From: Felis catus
Taxonomy: Eukaryota
Direction: 5' to 3'
Length of the DNA: 64,000 nt
NCBI RefSeq assembly: GCF_018350175.1
Contig: NC_058369.1
Location: forward strand, 8,744,001 to 8,808,000
Shown here: one piece after another, positions 51,030-64,000 of the stretch
How positions within the stretch are numbered: the first letter of the stretch is position 1
How the letters are laid out: every line of letters starts with the position of its first letter
Notes under the pieces: generated by a model
Told to the model about the DNA's origin: nothing
Database searches by the model: none
The model's input: only the letters and a program-made list of their open reading frames with translations
Position numbers and translations under genes: made by a program

Positions 51030-52090
51030 AATCTGAATTTATTTCAATAAGTCGTAATGGTGCTTTATGAGGCCTGCACCCTGAGACTTAGAAGGGATGG
51101 AGAAACTTCCATTGAATGCCTCGTTGGAGAGGCCAGCACTGTATGTTCTGGGAAGTGAAGTGAGTGCCCTTGTGACTATCCGTAGTGTCTGAAACCCTGA
51201 CAAAGATAAGGAGTCTCCTGGCGAGGCCTTGGATTATGGCCTTAGGATATGTAGAGACAAGAGCTACTTTGAATTTTTTTTTTTTTAACGTTTATTTATT
51301 ATTGAGAGACAGAGAGAGACAGAGCATGAGCAGGGGAGGGGCCGAGAGACAGGGAGACACAGAATCCAAAGCAGGCCCCAGGCTCCGAGCCATCAGCACC
51401 GAGCCCAACGCAGGGCTCGAGCTCACAAACCGCGATATTCCGATCTGAGCGGAGGTCAAGAGTCGGACGCTTAACCGACCACGCCACCCAGACGCCGCCT
51501 TGTCTCTCTCTTTTTAAACAGCAGCTGTTTCAGGAGCAGCCCCCATTGGGTCCTCCTCTCACACAGGGTGGAGTCTCAGCTGCTACACCCAGTCCCCGGG
51601 GTATACCCGGGGCCAACCCAGCCTCTGTCGGTTCTTGCTAAGACCCAGACAGACACTGGCAAAGACATCCACCCAGGAGCACTTTGAGGAGAGCCCCAAC
51701 TCCATACTCCTGCTCCCAAATTCCCAGGAACTCTCAAAACTGCCAACTGGGAGAGGCCTAAAACTAGAACTGAGGCTTGATGGGGTCGCCAACGCAACAC
51801 AGGGCAGCATAGGTCACGGCACGGGCTCCCCGGCACCCGGCAGCCCACGGTACGTGCCCTTGTCAGCCAGCAGAGCAGGTGAGCAAGTCAGAGCAAGAAG
51901 AGACAGAACCACCGGTCATGGTCATGGCTGGACATGCCGCTCCCCGCGGCAACTATTATGGTCACCTGTAGACATGTGGCTCAGATTGATAGCGGGGGTC
52001 CCATGCACGCACTCACCCATACACAAAGGAGACGAGAAGGCTCATGACTCCCCAAACAGAGATCTCCGCTCTGAAATGGCTTCAGAGAAC
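51030..52090 (+). mobile_element. Possible ERVL-class gag remnant
   Basis: DMWLRLIAGVP at ~51970-52003 resembles the class III gag motif; otherwise unrecognised. Confidence 0.3.
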
Positions 52091-52264
52091 AAGGAAAAGA
52101 GGGGCACCCGGGTGGCTCAGTCGGTTAAGTGTCGGACTCCTGGTGTCGGCGCAGGTCATGATCTCACAGTTCGTGAGTTCGAGCCCCACATCGGGCTCTG
52201 TGCTGACAGCATGGAGCCTGCCTGGGATTCTCTCTCTCCCTCTCTCGCTGCCCCTCCCCTGCTT

Positions 52265-52303
<39 letters not shown>

Positions 52304-52887
52304 ATAAATAAATAAACTTAAAAGGAAGGAAGGAAAGAGCCTGGCCTGTGTTTTCACTGGGGTTGGGGAGTAGAGCAGGGGTAAGAATTTCGGCACACAG
52401 ACAGGGGCTTTTCTGCTTGGAATCTCCTGCCTGCTCTAGCGAGACCACTCAGGCCTTCTCATCGGCTCGTCCAGCCAGAAGCACAGGCAGCAGAAGGCAG
52501 GGTGAGGCGTAAGCTCTCGGCAAACATCCAAAAATGTGGAGCCCGCCCACTGGCTGCAAGAACGAACCCAGCAAAGAATTTGCAATTGCTTGTCTTACTG
52601 ATATTAAGAAACACTGGGCATCTGGCTGGCTCAGTCGGTGGAGAGCGCGACTCTTGATCTCGGGGTCGTGAGTTCGAGCCCCACATCGGGCTCTCATGGC
52701 AGAGCCTGCTTTGGGTCCTCTGTCTTTCTCTGCACCTTCCTTGCTATCTCTCTCAAAAATAAAGAAACAGACATTAACAAAATAAAATAAAGATATATTT
52801 CTATTCTTTATTTTTAACATTTTTTTTTTTAGAGAGAGAGAGAAAGAATCCTACAAGGGCAGAGAGAGAGAGAGAGAGAGAAAGAAG

Positions 52888-52925
<38 letters not shown>

Positions 52926-53401
52926 CCTCACCCAGGGCTCTTGTTTTTACCTGATGCGGGACTCGAACTCACGAATTATGAGATCATGGCCTGAGCCGAA
53001 GTCAGATGCTTGATGACTCAGCCACCCAGGGGCTCTATTTTTAACCTGCATACATAAGAAGCCATTCTAAGATTTAATTCCTTATAACACTGACAGTTAC
53101 AAAAGCACAAACCATCCAAGATGAAAATTCTCAAGTCTCTTTCTAACACGACATGGGGCGTGTAGTTTGTCCCTCCCCTATACCACACCTGGGATATTTC
53201 CAGGAACGAGTAGCATTTTCTAATGCTTTAAAAACTTTCAGTTTAGCTCCTGACATGCATTGGATTTTCAAAGATTTACGTAAGCTTTGGGTGGTTTTCC
53301 TCACATTAATTAAAATAGAAATTCGGCTGCTCTAGCCGGTTGAATGTCAGTGTTCTCTAAGAATGCAAACAAATAAAAACTGACCCAAAAATGAAAAATG
53401 A

Positions 53402-53825
53402 GGGGTGGCTGGGTGGCTCGGCCAGCAAGTCCACTCTGGCTTTCAGCTCAGATCATGGTCTCATGGTGCATGAGTTCAAGTTCACGAGTTGGGCTCTGCA
53501 CTGGCAGCACGGAGCCTGCTTGGGATCCTCTCTCTCCCTCTCTGTCTGCCCCTTCCCTGTTCGTGATCTCTCTTCAGAATAAATAAATAAAAACTTAAAA
53601 AGGGCGGGGAGCACCTGGGTGGCTCCATCAGTTAAGAGTCCGACTTCAGCTCAGGTCATGATCTCACGGTTCACAGGTTGGAGCCCCGCGTCGGGCTCTG
53701 TGCTGACAGCTCGGAGCCTGGAGCCTGCTTCGGATTCTGTGTCTCCCTCTTTCTCTGCCCCTCCCCTGCTCACACTCTGTCTCTCTCTCTCTCTCAAAAA
53801 TAAATAAACATTAAAAAAAATAAAG
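53402..53825 (+). mobile_element. Two tandem CanSINEs, absent from the paralogous site in unit B
   Basis: TSD gaaaaatga; empty site at ~41688-41696. Confidence 0.92.
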
Positions 53826-53827
53826 AA

Positions 53828-54390
53828 AAATGACCTGAGAACTTAAACACATTCATCTCACGCCGTGAGGTTGCCTTGAGTAAAACGGAACACAAATCCT
53901 ACATGCATTTCCCGCAGTTTCCCCCTTGCCTCACACCGTCTCTCTCCACCAGCTTACAGTTCAGGGGCCCAAGTGCCGGGGGAAACCGGGGCCCAAGGGC
54001 TGCGCTGTTCCATCAACAAAGGAATCCAGGAGAGAAACTGGGCTCAGCAGGGACGAGCAGCCCGCGTCCCACAGGACACGAGGAAAGCCACCTTCAGAAG
54101 GTTCCCCGGTCTAGACTGTCCCGGTGGAGACAGAAGCCCTGGAGTGGGTCAGTCCCCGCGGAGGGAAGGGAGGGACACCCGAGCAGCCACAGGAATGCGC
54201 TCCGGGAGCCCTGCACACCCTCCCCTCCCCTCCCCTCCCCTCCCTGGGGCAAAGGGAACCTCTCCCTGCCTCAGGGTTCCAGGCTCCCAAGTGAGGACAC
54301 TCAGCAGGGTTCAGTTTAAGGTTCTGACCCAGATGACCCCCCCATTCACTGACCCGGTTCCAGGACACAGAACTGGACTTTCACAGACTT
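53828..54390 (+). repeat. Near-identical duplicate block, copy 2
   Basis: Matches 41691-42270. Confidence 0.95.
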
Positions 54391-55739
54391 CTCGACGGAC
54401 GTGATTTATACCGAGCGCACCTCCGCCGGGCGTGCAAGACCAGGCCTAGGAACAGGCCCAAGGCAATGAGACCTACAACTCCAGAAAGGCCTCGACTGCC
54501 TCGTCACCCCACCCACCCCGAGTGCCATCCCAGATTTCCACCAGCCTGCACCTTCTCTCAGAATAAAGGGCTCTCTCTCTTTCTCAAAATAAATAAACGT
54601 TTAAAAAAAATCATTAAAAAAAAAAAAAAAAAGAATGTTACTACCAATGCTGAGAGGAAAAAGGGGGAACGAGAATTTTTAACACAAGCAGGCGCCTCTG
54701 TCAGCTCACTGCGTAGAGCATACAACTTTTCATCTTGGGGGCCGTGAGTTCAAGCCCCACGTTGGGTGTAGAGCTTACATAAAATAAATAAAATAAAGAA
54801 AGCCTTTTTTTTTCCAACTAAAAAATAAATAATTAAATAAAATTATATTTTAAAAGAATTTATTTTATTTCTTTAAAGAATTTCTAATACAAGCAATGTA
54901 GTACTGGAATTTTTTTTTTCTGAAACACACCCTTTCCTTACCTCCTCGTTAATATTCTATATTGTTTCAAGTTGTATTGATGAAATAAATTTTCATTCGT
55001 TAAAAAACTGATACTAAAAATGAGTAAATTTTTTAAATTATTTTTTTAATGTTTATCTACTTTTAAGAGAGGGAGAGAGAGAGTGTGTGTGTGCCCAAGT
55101 GGGGGAGGAACAGAGAGAGAGGGAGACACAGAATCCAAAGCAGGCTCCAGGCTCTGAGCTGTCAGTACAGAGCCTGACGCAGGGCTCAAACTCAGGAACC
55201 CCGAGATCATGACCTGAGCCGAAGTCAGACACTTAACCGACTGAGCCACCCAGGCGCCCAAAAATGAGTAAAATTTAAAGGTGACTAACTTAGTTTGGGG
55301 CAGTCCCACTGTGGAACCCTGCTGACAGGGCAGATCATTCGGGAAAATTCTCCCAAGAAGGACCGCCACCCAAAGGACTTCCCACAGGATGTCCGTGCCC
55401 AGGAAAGATCCTGGGAGAAGTGCAAGAATTTTCCAAACGTAGTTCCAAGCAGTTATTCTCTGCTTTCTTCGGATGTAAATATCTACGGACAAAAATAAAC
55501 CATTTAAAATGAGCCATCCATTCACTGTGGGAAAACGATGGACAATTAAAACTTTGGGACCGTTTGAATTGCACCACCGAGAACAAATAGTTGGTAATGA
55601 TGGGAATCTGGCATTTGGGCAGGCCGGGAGGTAATTGAAAGAGGCATTGACTGCCAGGCGTCGGAGAACTTGGCTGGCGAAACAGGCTGGTGGATTTCAG
55701 ACCCTGCTTCCCAAACATCTGGAACACTCAGGAGAAAAT

Positions 55740-56370
55740 GGGCTCCCGGTGGGGACAAAGGAGGGACCGGGGACCCCACAGACCACAGCTCCTCCCACAC
55801 ACGACCGCAAAGGAGTCACGCTTGTCCCCTGGAGACTCTCCCCGTGAGACGAAGCGGGCGCAGAGCTGATCAAATGCTTCAGGGCCGAAATCGTGGCGCG
55901 CAGGGACCGAGTGCGGTCCCCACGCCTCTCGCCGGAGGCGACCGAGGTCCCGGCGGCGCCATGGGGGCCTCGGGTCCGCAGACTCCGGAGGTGACCACGG
56001 GGAGGATTCCGACCACGGCGGGTTGGCGCCTGTTGCGAGCGACACTTTCTACCCGGTCATCAGACTCCGCGGGCGCAACCACCATTTCTACGTTTCCTGG
56101 ATTACCCAATGGCCTTCCTTCAACTCCCGCGGACACACGAACCACAGCGGAACACAAACAAGGCCACGGCAATGCGTCCCCTGAAAGAAGGGGACCTGGG
56201 CTACCCAGCGAGGCTGAAATAAGCAAGGACCTCTGCAGAGGCTGCGGAGCGATGCCCCACCCACCCCACCGCCGCCGCCCCTGATTGGACAGTTCGTAAG
56301 GCCTCGCCCCTCCACGCCTGGGTGACAGCCGGGCCTAAGGCGGACTGGATCCCGCCGATCCAGAACAGTT
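55740..56370 (-). promoter_or_regulatory. CpG-island promoter of unit C
   Basis: CpG-rich; CCAAT 56284-56288, GC box, tgggtgacag 56319-56328; colinear with promoters A and B. Confidence 0.8.
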
Positions 56371-56570
56371 GCCTTGTAACCAGTGCTGTCAGTCCACTCC
56401 TGGATCTCTGATCCTTCTTTACAAACACAGATACTTAATAGTCCCCTCTCCATACGCAATACTTAGTCGAGCTCTGAAACCGTGCCCCATAGCGTTCATG
56501 AGGTTGAAACTAGCGGGATGTTTAAGCTTGTTTTTCGAGAACTCCGACCCACCCCCCCTCGCCAATCTCC

Positions 56571-57081
56571 TATTGTGTCTCCTCAGACCTTAGTAACAAA
56601 TCCACTAGCTATCTCGGCAGAAGCCTGGATTCAAAGTCATCTGATATAGTTCCAGCCTGTGAATGTATCTTAGCCCAGCCTAAGACCCCATCCAGTTGAT
56701 ACTGGCTCTCAGAGAATGCCCAAAGCCCTTTTCCTAGTCCTAAAATAACCTCTTCGCCTCAGGGGTGGAATTTTGTCTCCTTTTGGTGGTGTTTCCATCC
56801 TAACGTGAACAAGGGTTAAGTTCCGTATGTTTGCTCATCGCGCATGCTCCATCTTTCCTTAGGCGTAGTTAAGTTTTCCCCACCCTTTTCATCAAATTGT
56901 ATGCAATCACAACCCTTCTGATTATAAAACACTTGTTCTCTCCTCCTTTGGGGAGATGAATTTGAGGCTAGTCTTCCGGAAGCATTTTTCCTTTGGCTGC
57001 CGATCAAATCTCTCCTTGCTGCAAACCTGATGTCTCCGTGATGGGTTTTGTTGTGCATCCGCATTCTTGGGTTTGTTTACA
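56571..57081 (+). mobile_element. Solo LTR (ERV1-like) just upstream of promoter C
   Basis: T(A)TTGTG...TTTACA termini, TATAAAA at ~56923, imperfect 5-bp TSD tctcc/gctcc. Confidence 0.7.
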
Positions 57082-57970
57082 GCTCCATTTTGATCTTGAT
57101 TGTTGACCACTGGGGTCTGTCACGGTTTTGCCAAAAAGGTGCACAAACACAGATACCAGAGATGCATTTGGTGGGCATCCTTCCGGAACTTAGGTTCCGA
57201 AAAAGAGCGTTGGAACCAGAAGAAATCGGCACTTCATAAGAAAAATAACTTCTGGGTCATTAGAATGGTTAACTTCAGAAAATATTTCCGACGTGAAAAC
57301 TTTAGATCCCACGGAAAATATGTATGAGCAGGGTCTCTTTCTCACCGGTGAGTTAATCATTCATTCCCTGTGGTCATGATCAATTTCTTTCTTGCGACTG
57401 CATGATTTAATCAATCCATGATGAGACTTGGGTATTTGTGCTAAATTGGCTATTTTTCAGTCCATACTGTCTGGCATAGGACGTATCTCGAAAAATCAGT
57501 TCTAAGACCATAGTCCCTGAGCATGACTTCATTGTCGAAGAGATCCTGACTTTGTCTCTTGCTTGGTTCGTGTTCTTTGGCAATTTACCTAAGCTTCTAA
57601 ACCTCATCTGACTCATAAAAGAGATAACAAAGACCAGTTTGCTAAGTAATGTGTGATTAGGAAAATATGCATTTTATGGGGTGCCTGGGTGGCTCAGTTG
57701 CTTGAGCATCCGGCTCTTGACTTGGGCTCAGGTCATGATCTCATGGTTGGTGGGTTCAAGCCCCGTGTCGGGCTCTGAGCTGGCAGTGCAGAGCCTGCTT
57801 GAGATTCTCTCCCCCTCTCTCTGCCCCTCCCCTGCTCACGTGCTTGCTCTCTTGAAATAAACTTAAAAAAAAAAAAAAACATACATTTTAAGTGAGATAC
57901 TTTCCGGAAAGCACCCGATAATACACTGTACGAAATTATTTCAGTATCTAGATAACAGGAAAAGCAAAAT

Positions 57971-58487
57971 TGTTCCAGAGGACTGGGGGCTGACCTCACA
58001 CTGCCTCAAGGGCCTAGATAAACCCTGTGGAAGAGAAAAATGTCACACATGTCCATCACCAGACAAAGCTACTCTTTGACCGAGATAGATCAAGATAAAC
58101 AGACATGCCTTCTGTAACTATGTGTCTATAAATGGTAAGAGAGAACATTCCAAAGAATGAAAATGACCCAAATTTCTCCTCTTCTAATGTAAACGGTGCT
58201 TCTCGCAAATTAGGTTTAGCGTCAAAACCATTCTTTCTGCCTTATAGATAAAAACTATTATAATTGCCTATTATAGAATTAATCTCACTTCCTCAGGGCA
58301 ACCCAATACAAAACCTTCCTTGAACAGCAATCATCTAACACAAAATCCAACCAAGAAGTCCTTCTGAGTGTAGTTACTGATACACCCTACAGTGTTTTAT
58401 GCTTTGGGTCACTCTTACAGCTTGAAATTATTTATATTACTGACTACAGATTTGATCACGGTGCTCTTTGGGAAGAGGGTGCTGGAA
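57971..58487 (+). mobile_element. MER31/MER67-like solo LTR
   Basis: gggctgacctcac, gatagatcaagataaac, ttactgatacaccctac, actacag...ggtgctctttgg...gagggtgctg resemble this family. Confidence 0.6.
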
Positions 58488-58689
58488 AAAAAAAATGACA
58501 TACGTTTTTGGTTTTATGAATGAATGAGAACCTAGTCTCATGACCAAAGTGAGTATAAAAGAGAAAAAAATAAAATTTGCCTGAGGGGGAAAAAAATACC
58601 TGAACTTGGGCCCACAATACAGTTGAGTCAGAATGCATAATAAATGTAGAAAATGGCAAAGTTTGATCTGAAGATCCTTAAATCAATGG

Positions 58690-60018
58690 GACCTTTTAAT
58701 AAAATATTTCAAAGGAAAACTATAGAAGCATTCATTGGGGGGGGGGGGGGAATGCGTGTACTTTTAATCACACAGAATTCAACTTAACTGAAAACCTACT
58801 GAGGGATTACGCGAGAAGCGACGCAAAACACCCGGAATCTGCCGGTAACGAGGAACGTGCCAGGTTTCAGAGGGAAGATCTGGGTCACAGCGGTCGCTGC
58901 ACAGAGCAGAAGGATAAAGTCTCACGTAATTCTTCTGGACGGCACCCGTGTGGCCGTCATACTGCAATCAGGAACACGCAGACGGACACTCGCCGTATTA
59001 ACACAACAGGTGTTTACTACACAAATTCGACCTTGTATGAACCGGATCTAGGGAAGAGGGGAGTAGAACACGCAACCCGTGATGGTAGAAATCTGTTTCC
59101 AGGTGGGCACATGACGGATCGCAGGAAATCTCGACTGTGCTGGCTCTTCAAAGTCGGACAGTGGAGACAACTGGAGAAGCCTACTGCTCGGGGTCAGATG
59201 GAAGTCTAGTAGTTGGTGGCGGGTTGGGAATATTGACGGGCATCACAAAGAATGAGGAAAACAGGCTGGAAACAAGCGTCCAGAAAGCCCTATCCTTCTG
59301 TCTCCTTCTACACAGATGACTCCAAAACCTGACTGAATCCTATTTCGCTTCTGCATTCCAAGTTTCGTGGATGTTAGGCTTTGGTAAGTTCTGCCATGAA
59401 ACCATAAAGGCCACAGATCCTAGAAAATACAGTTCGCATTACTTACTCGGACACGGTCAAGGAGACTCGTTCCCGGCTAGGTCTCTATTCGCAATGCATA
59501 CTTTATAGTCCAAATTCCAACAAGAAGGAGGGACAAAGATCAAAAGACAAAAGATGAAATTAGTACTTCACAGGAGCCTGTACTCTCTGAATAATTTTGC
59601 ATATGTACAAATATATGGTCAATATTTATTAGCAAGGAGAACAGAGTAAGTCTCTTCAGGCCAACGAAAAGGTTTTTGATCAAAAAAGGTAAAGTGTAGG
59701 GGTGCCCGGCTGGCTCAGTCGGTAGAGCACGTGACTCGTGAGCTCAGGGTTGTAAGTTCGAGTCCCACGCTGGATGTGGAGATTACTTACAAATAAAATC
59801 TTAGGGGCAGCCTGGCTGGCTCAGTTGGTGGGGCACGTGACTCTTGATCTCGTGGTCGCGAGTTTAAGCCCCACGTTGGGTGTGGAGCCCACTTTAAAAA
59901 ATAAGAATAATGATTTAAAAATTTTTTTAATAAAAAAATCTTTTTTTAAAAAAAAAGGTAAAATATATACACACAATGGGTAAGGCATATTTAGTAGGAA
60001 AGAACCAAGAAATACCAA
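58690..60018 (-). other. Unit D: paralogous 3' UTR tail of a further ZNF gene expected right of the window
   Basis: Colinear similarity to 12930-13960, e.g. cttttaatcaca, gattacgc/aattacgc, cttgtatga, taggtct...attcca...agaagga...gacaaag, atgggtaagg. Confidence 0.7.
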
Positions 60019-60416
60019 TGTGGAAATTAGAATGAGTCAGGAGGCCAGCAGGGGGAGCTCGAACAGTCTATCACTCACTGTCCCTTGCAGGCCCAACGGG
60101 AAGAGACACAACTTCCAAGTACCTAGTACCTCAGCTACTACTTCTACTACCCCCAGAGGAAGATTTTCTACTCCCCTGGCAAGAGCCCAGCCAACGGGAC
60201 TCACAACTCAGCCAATAAAAGGCCACTATACTTCACCCTCCCAGCTTACTCCAATATCCTTTACAAGCGCACTTCCGGTTCCCCCATTTCCTCTGCCCTT
60301 TGTTCCCCAGACTTACCCATGGCTTTGCCGGAGCGTGCTTCTCCCGAATTCTCTAGTCTCAGATAAATCCTTTCTTGCTGGTAAGATAGCTGGCCGTTTT
60401 ATAGTCGAGGTTAATA
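60019..60416 (+). mobile_element. MER34-like 5' LTR
   Basis: TG start; ccctttgttccccagacttacccatgg...ttgctggtaagatagctggccgtttt...aggttaata end, followed directly by a PBS. Confidence 0.8.
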
Positions 60417-60421
60417 TTATC

Positions 60422-60439
60422 TGGTGTCAGAAGTCAGAT
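60422..60439 (+). promoter_or_regulatory. Primer-binding site, tRNA-Leu(CAA)-type
   Basis: tggtgtcagaagtcagat matches TGGTGTCAGAAGTGGGAT at 16 of 18 positions. Confidence 0.8.
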
Positions 60440-61422
60440 CCTGAGACCGCCTCAACAATTCTGAGGCTGGTGAGCAAATATGCCAATACCCACGGAAACC
60501 ACCGAGCCCACGTCTTTCTTGCTGCTCCTGGAGTTTGAAGCTATGCTTTCTCCCCGATTTCGAGCCCCAGCTTCCTGAGGTCTCCAGGCTTTCTTCGGGA
60601 TGGGTTTAAAGGCTTTGTCCTTTCTGCAAGTGTCCCTTGGGCCTTCGGTTCCACTCGTGTTTGGAATTGGGACTGTTCCCATTAAGACTGTGTTAGCCTT
60701 TGGGCTGACTCACTTTCAGAACTAGACGGTCCCTCTTGAAACAGTGGCCTCAAGTCTAATTCTTTTGAAACTGGGCTCTCCTATTGGAACTGTGCAGGCC
60801 TTTATACCGATTCCTCCTGGAAGTAGGCTTTTCCTGTTGAAACTGTTAATTTTTTTTTTTTTCTTTCTGCTCTAAAGGAAAAAAACAACTCAGAAACGGG
60901 ATCTCAGTCATCAAAGTGCCTTGAGGGTGCCCAGCCCTACTGGGGTCCCTCCTCATATGCATTTCTAACAAAGTGGATGGACTCAATCTAAAGCAATTTA
61001 GGGGCGCCTGGGTGGCTCAGTCGGTCAGGCATCCGACTCAACTTTGGCTCAGGCATAATCTCAGTCAGGGTCATGAGATCGAGCCCCAAGTGGGGCTCCA
61101 TGCTGGGCATGGTGCCTGCTTAAGATTCACTCCCTCTGTTCCTCCCCCCAACCGCACAAGGGCATTGTCAAAAACTAAAAAGGTAATTTAGAACTTCAAT
61201 GGGCATTATGGGTAACCTTTGTTCTCCCCAAACTTGTTTCTCTCAAAATTAAATTGAAAAAACATGGCTTATAGAAAACAAAACAAAACAAAACAAAAAC
61301 CTATTTTAATCAGTACCTTTGGGCTTAGCCCTTTGTCAGGTTCCAAGCCAAGCACGGAGCCTCTCCCTCCCCCTCCGCTCTCTCCCCTGCTCATGCTTTC
61401 ACACTCTCTCTCTCTCTCTCTC

Positions 61423-61453
<31 letters not shown>

Positions 61454-63004
61454 CGGTCTTTAAATGTTGAATCCACCAGGCTAGCACCGAACTCTATGTT
61501 TATCAACCAGGATCTTTCTCCTTTAGTTAAAAGGACCATGATGGGATGGGAAACTATGTCCCCTCCAGATTTAATCTGACAAATCGGCACACTTGCTACC
61601 TGCAAGGAAGACCGTAAAATTCTCAGTGCTCCACTCCAACAACTGAAGGAACAAAACCAAAAACCTTCTAGTTTCTGCTATGGTTGCAAAGAGCCAGGTC
61701 ACTGGAAAAAAGACTGTCACTAATCAAAGTGCTCCATGCACCCCTAGCCCGCCAGTCAGTCTTTCCAACGTCTTCCAAATTCCCAATGACCGGGCTCTGA
61801 GAAGTTACCAAGGCTCTTTCCCATCACCTCTCCTAATCGCCGCGGAGGAACCACTCTCCCTACTGGGACCACGGAGCTACTCTTAGACTCTGCTGCTGGG
61901 AGGCAGCCCCGGCCTCAGAGCAAGAAAACAGCTTGAGTAGCATATCTAATAATGACCCCAACAGGTTCCCGTCTCTGAACCTATTCCCTTTTCTCTAGGC
62001 CCTTCGAGAGATGCACTCTTTTCTCCTGAGTTCCTTGCTCCCGTCTGTGTATTGTGCCAAGATTTCTCACGGAAGTATCGCCTGTAATTTCTTTCTCCCA
62101 AATGCAGGAATAATTCTAGAATTTGACTTCTAGTAATCGAAATAGCCAACCTGACGAGTTAGAAGATCTTTAAATGCCCATCAAAACCCCTCACTAGAAT
62201 TAATCCATACCCTCTAAATAAAGAAGCCCTTTAAGAAGTGTGAAGCCCACAGCAATCCCAAGGCCCACAGCCTCATTGTCCCCTGTGTTAGTAGTAACAT
62301 CGGTATCCTTCAGCCCTCCATGGTCCCTAACTCCCGTATATGTTCCTGACGGCCCTCCCCAACGAAAGCTAGTTTTTCACTGGAATCCATCTGTGCAGGG
62401 TATTTTTAGTATTCCAGGTGATACAGAGAGCCAGTATCTTTTTTTGCTTTCTCTTGAGAACTGAAATACATCCAGTCATGCCTCAGGGTTTCATAGTCTC
62501 TCTTAACCTTTCATAAACCTTCTAGGCGGATTTGGAGGATATAAAGTTGTCTACAAAAGTTGTCTACTTTCTGACTAATGGAGACGGCTTAGCTTCTCTG
62601 CTCCCCTTTCACAGGACAGACAGCACTCCTGTGTTAAACCGTGTGGCCTTAAAGGGCTGCCTTGGTGCTCAGCTGGTTAAGTGCCCAACTCTTGATCCCA
62701 GCTCGTGAGTTCGAGCCCCGAACTGGGCTCCGTGCTGGGCATGAAGCCTACTTAAACAAAAACTTTTCACCTTAAAGAAACATAAAGCCTCCCAGAAAAC
62801 TTGCAGTTTGCTCATTCAAGTTTGATATTTAGGGATCTGATCTCAAAACAAGGACTACATTTGGACCCAGTCAAAATCCCTCATGACTGCCTAATGCTTG
62901 ACAAATTACCTTTTGACTCCACATAGAAAAAGGTACAGGAAACTCCTCTAACGAATGCACATTTTTTGTGATTTACTGATGGTTCCTATTTAAAAGATGA
63001 AACA

Positions 63005-63648
63005 GGGGCACCTGGGTGGCTCAGTTGGTTAAGCGGCCGACTTCGGCTCAGGTCACGATCTCGCGGTCCGTGGGTTCGAGCCCCGCGTCGGGCTCTGTGC
63101 TGACAGCTCAGAGCCTGGAGCCTGTTTCAGATTCTGTGTCTCCCTCTCTCTGACCCTCCCCCGTTCATGCTCTCTCTCTGTCTCAAAAATAAATAAACGT
63201 TAAAAAAAAATTTTTTTTAAATAAAAGATGAAACAACTGTGCTGGGTATACTATTACAACACCTTTTGGGGGCGCCTAGGTGGCTCAGTGGGTTAAGGGT
63301 CTGACTCTTGGTTTTGGCTCAGGTCATGATCTCAGAGTTTGTGGGATCGAGCCCCGCATCGGGTTCCGTGTTGGCAGCCCCAAGCCTGCTTGGGAGTCTC
63401 TCTCCCTCTCTTAATAGAAGAAAATAATCATTAAAGAAAGCAAACAAAACTTTTTTAAAAAACTTTTTAATGTTTATTTTTGAGAGAGAGAGAGACAGAA
63501 CATGAGTAGAGGGAAACACAGAATCTGAAACAGGCTCCAGGCTCTGAGCTGTCAGCACAGAGCCCGACGCGGGGCTTGAACTCACAAACTGAGATCATGA
63601 GCTAAGCCGAAGCCGGACACTTAACCAACTGAGCCACCCAGGCGCCCC
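63005..63648. mobile_element. Three CanSINEs inside the ERV1 pol
   Basis: First copy has TSD taaaagatgaaaca; dozens of further CanSINEs across the window are not listed individually. Confidence 0.9.
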
Positions 63649-64000
63649 ACAGAACTCCTTTTGAAGCCACTGAGGCAGTACCTTTACCTTTGGCTATTCC
63701 AGCCAAGTAGGCTGAGTTATAGAAGCCCTTACACGAGCTTGTACCTTATCCAAGGGTAAAAGCACATTTATACAGTCAGTATGCCCTTGGGATAGCTCAT
63801 GACCTTGCAATATTAGGGAGACGAGGTGTCCCTACCTCCAATAAAAAACTAAAAATGTCTATACCCCAAATTTATTAGATGCCACATATTAGCCAGCTAC
63901 TATGGCAATTATTAAGGTTCCCGGGCATTCCGGATTCCACTCCCTGGAGGCCAAAGGAAACCACCTTGCTAATACTGCCCCCCAAAAAATGCTGCTCTAG

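Larger units (their letters stand above)
60417..64000 (+). mobile_element. Degenerate ERV1 (MER34-int-like) gag-pol, continuing beyond the window
   Basis: gag-like LELQWALWG; RT-like FSIPGDTESQYLF and MPQGF; RNase H-like FTDGSYLKDE, ALTRAC, IIKVPGHS, EAKGNHLA; many frameshifts and SINEs. Confidence 0.85.

Noticed and set aside
51594..51613. Near-palindrome ccccggggtatacccgggg
   Set aside because: Short, imperfect and single-copy; plausibly chance in GC-rich sequence.
60020..60538. 172-aa ORF
   Set aside because: It spans the LTR and PBS, starts at GTG and has no protein features.
60019..64000. Possible HEMO (ERVMER34-1) locus
   Set aside because: Only family-level resemblance; no env is inside the window, and MER34-like elements are multi-copy.

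Overview
Mammalian genomic DNA, most likely felid: it carries roughly 80 tRNA-derived CanSINE copies (counted by eye), many of the young felid type, plus carnivore LINE-1. The window is part of a tandem KRAB-C2H2 zinc-finger cluster on the minus strand, resembling the human 19p13.2 ZNF709/ZNF791/ZNF627 group. Four paralogous units are visible. Unit A is an intact 4-exon gene (ATG-only exon 25186-25188, KRAB-A 17250-17376, 61-bp exon 16767-16827, finger exon 14399-15965; 585 aa, 16 fingers). Unit B is an orphan promoter plus ATG-only exon at ~45 kb with no KRAB or finger exons of its own. Unit C is a pseudogene (46.75-56.1 kb). Unit D is only a 3' UTR tail (58.7-60.0 kb), interrupted by a MER34-like provirus that runs off the window. 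The rest is LINE-1, ERVL/ERV1 remnants, solo LTRs, SINEs and microsatellites. The best leads are unit B acting as a splice-compatible distal promoter for gene A, a probable gene-conversion tract between B and C, and a class III ERV remnant carrying a gamma-type env. Repeat-family names and identity levels are judged by eye; no searches were run.
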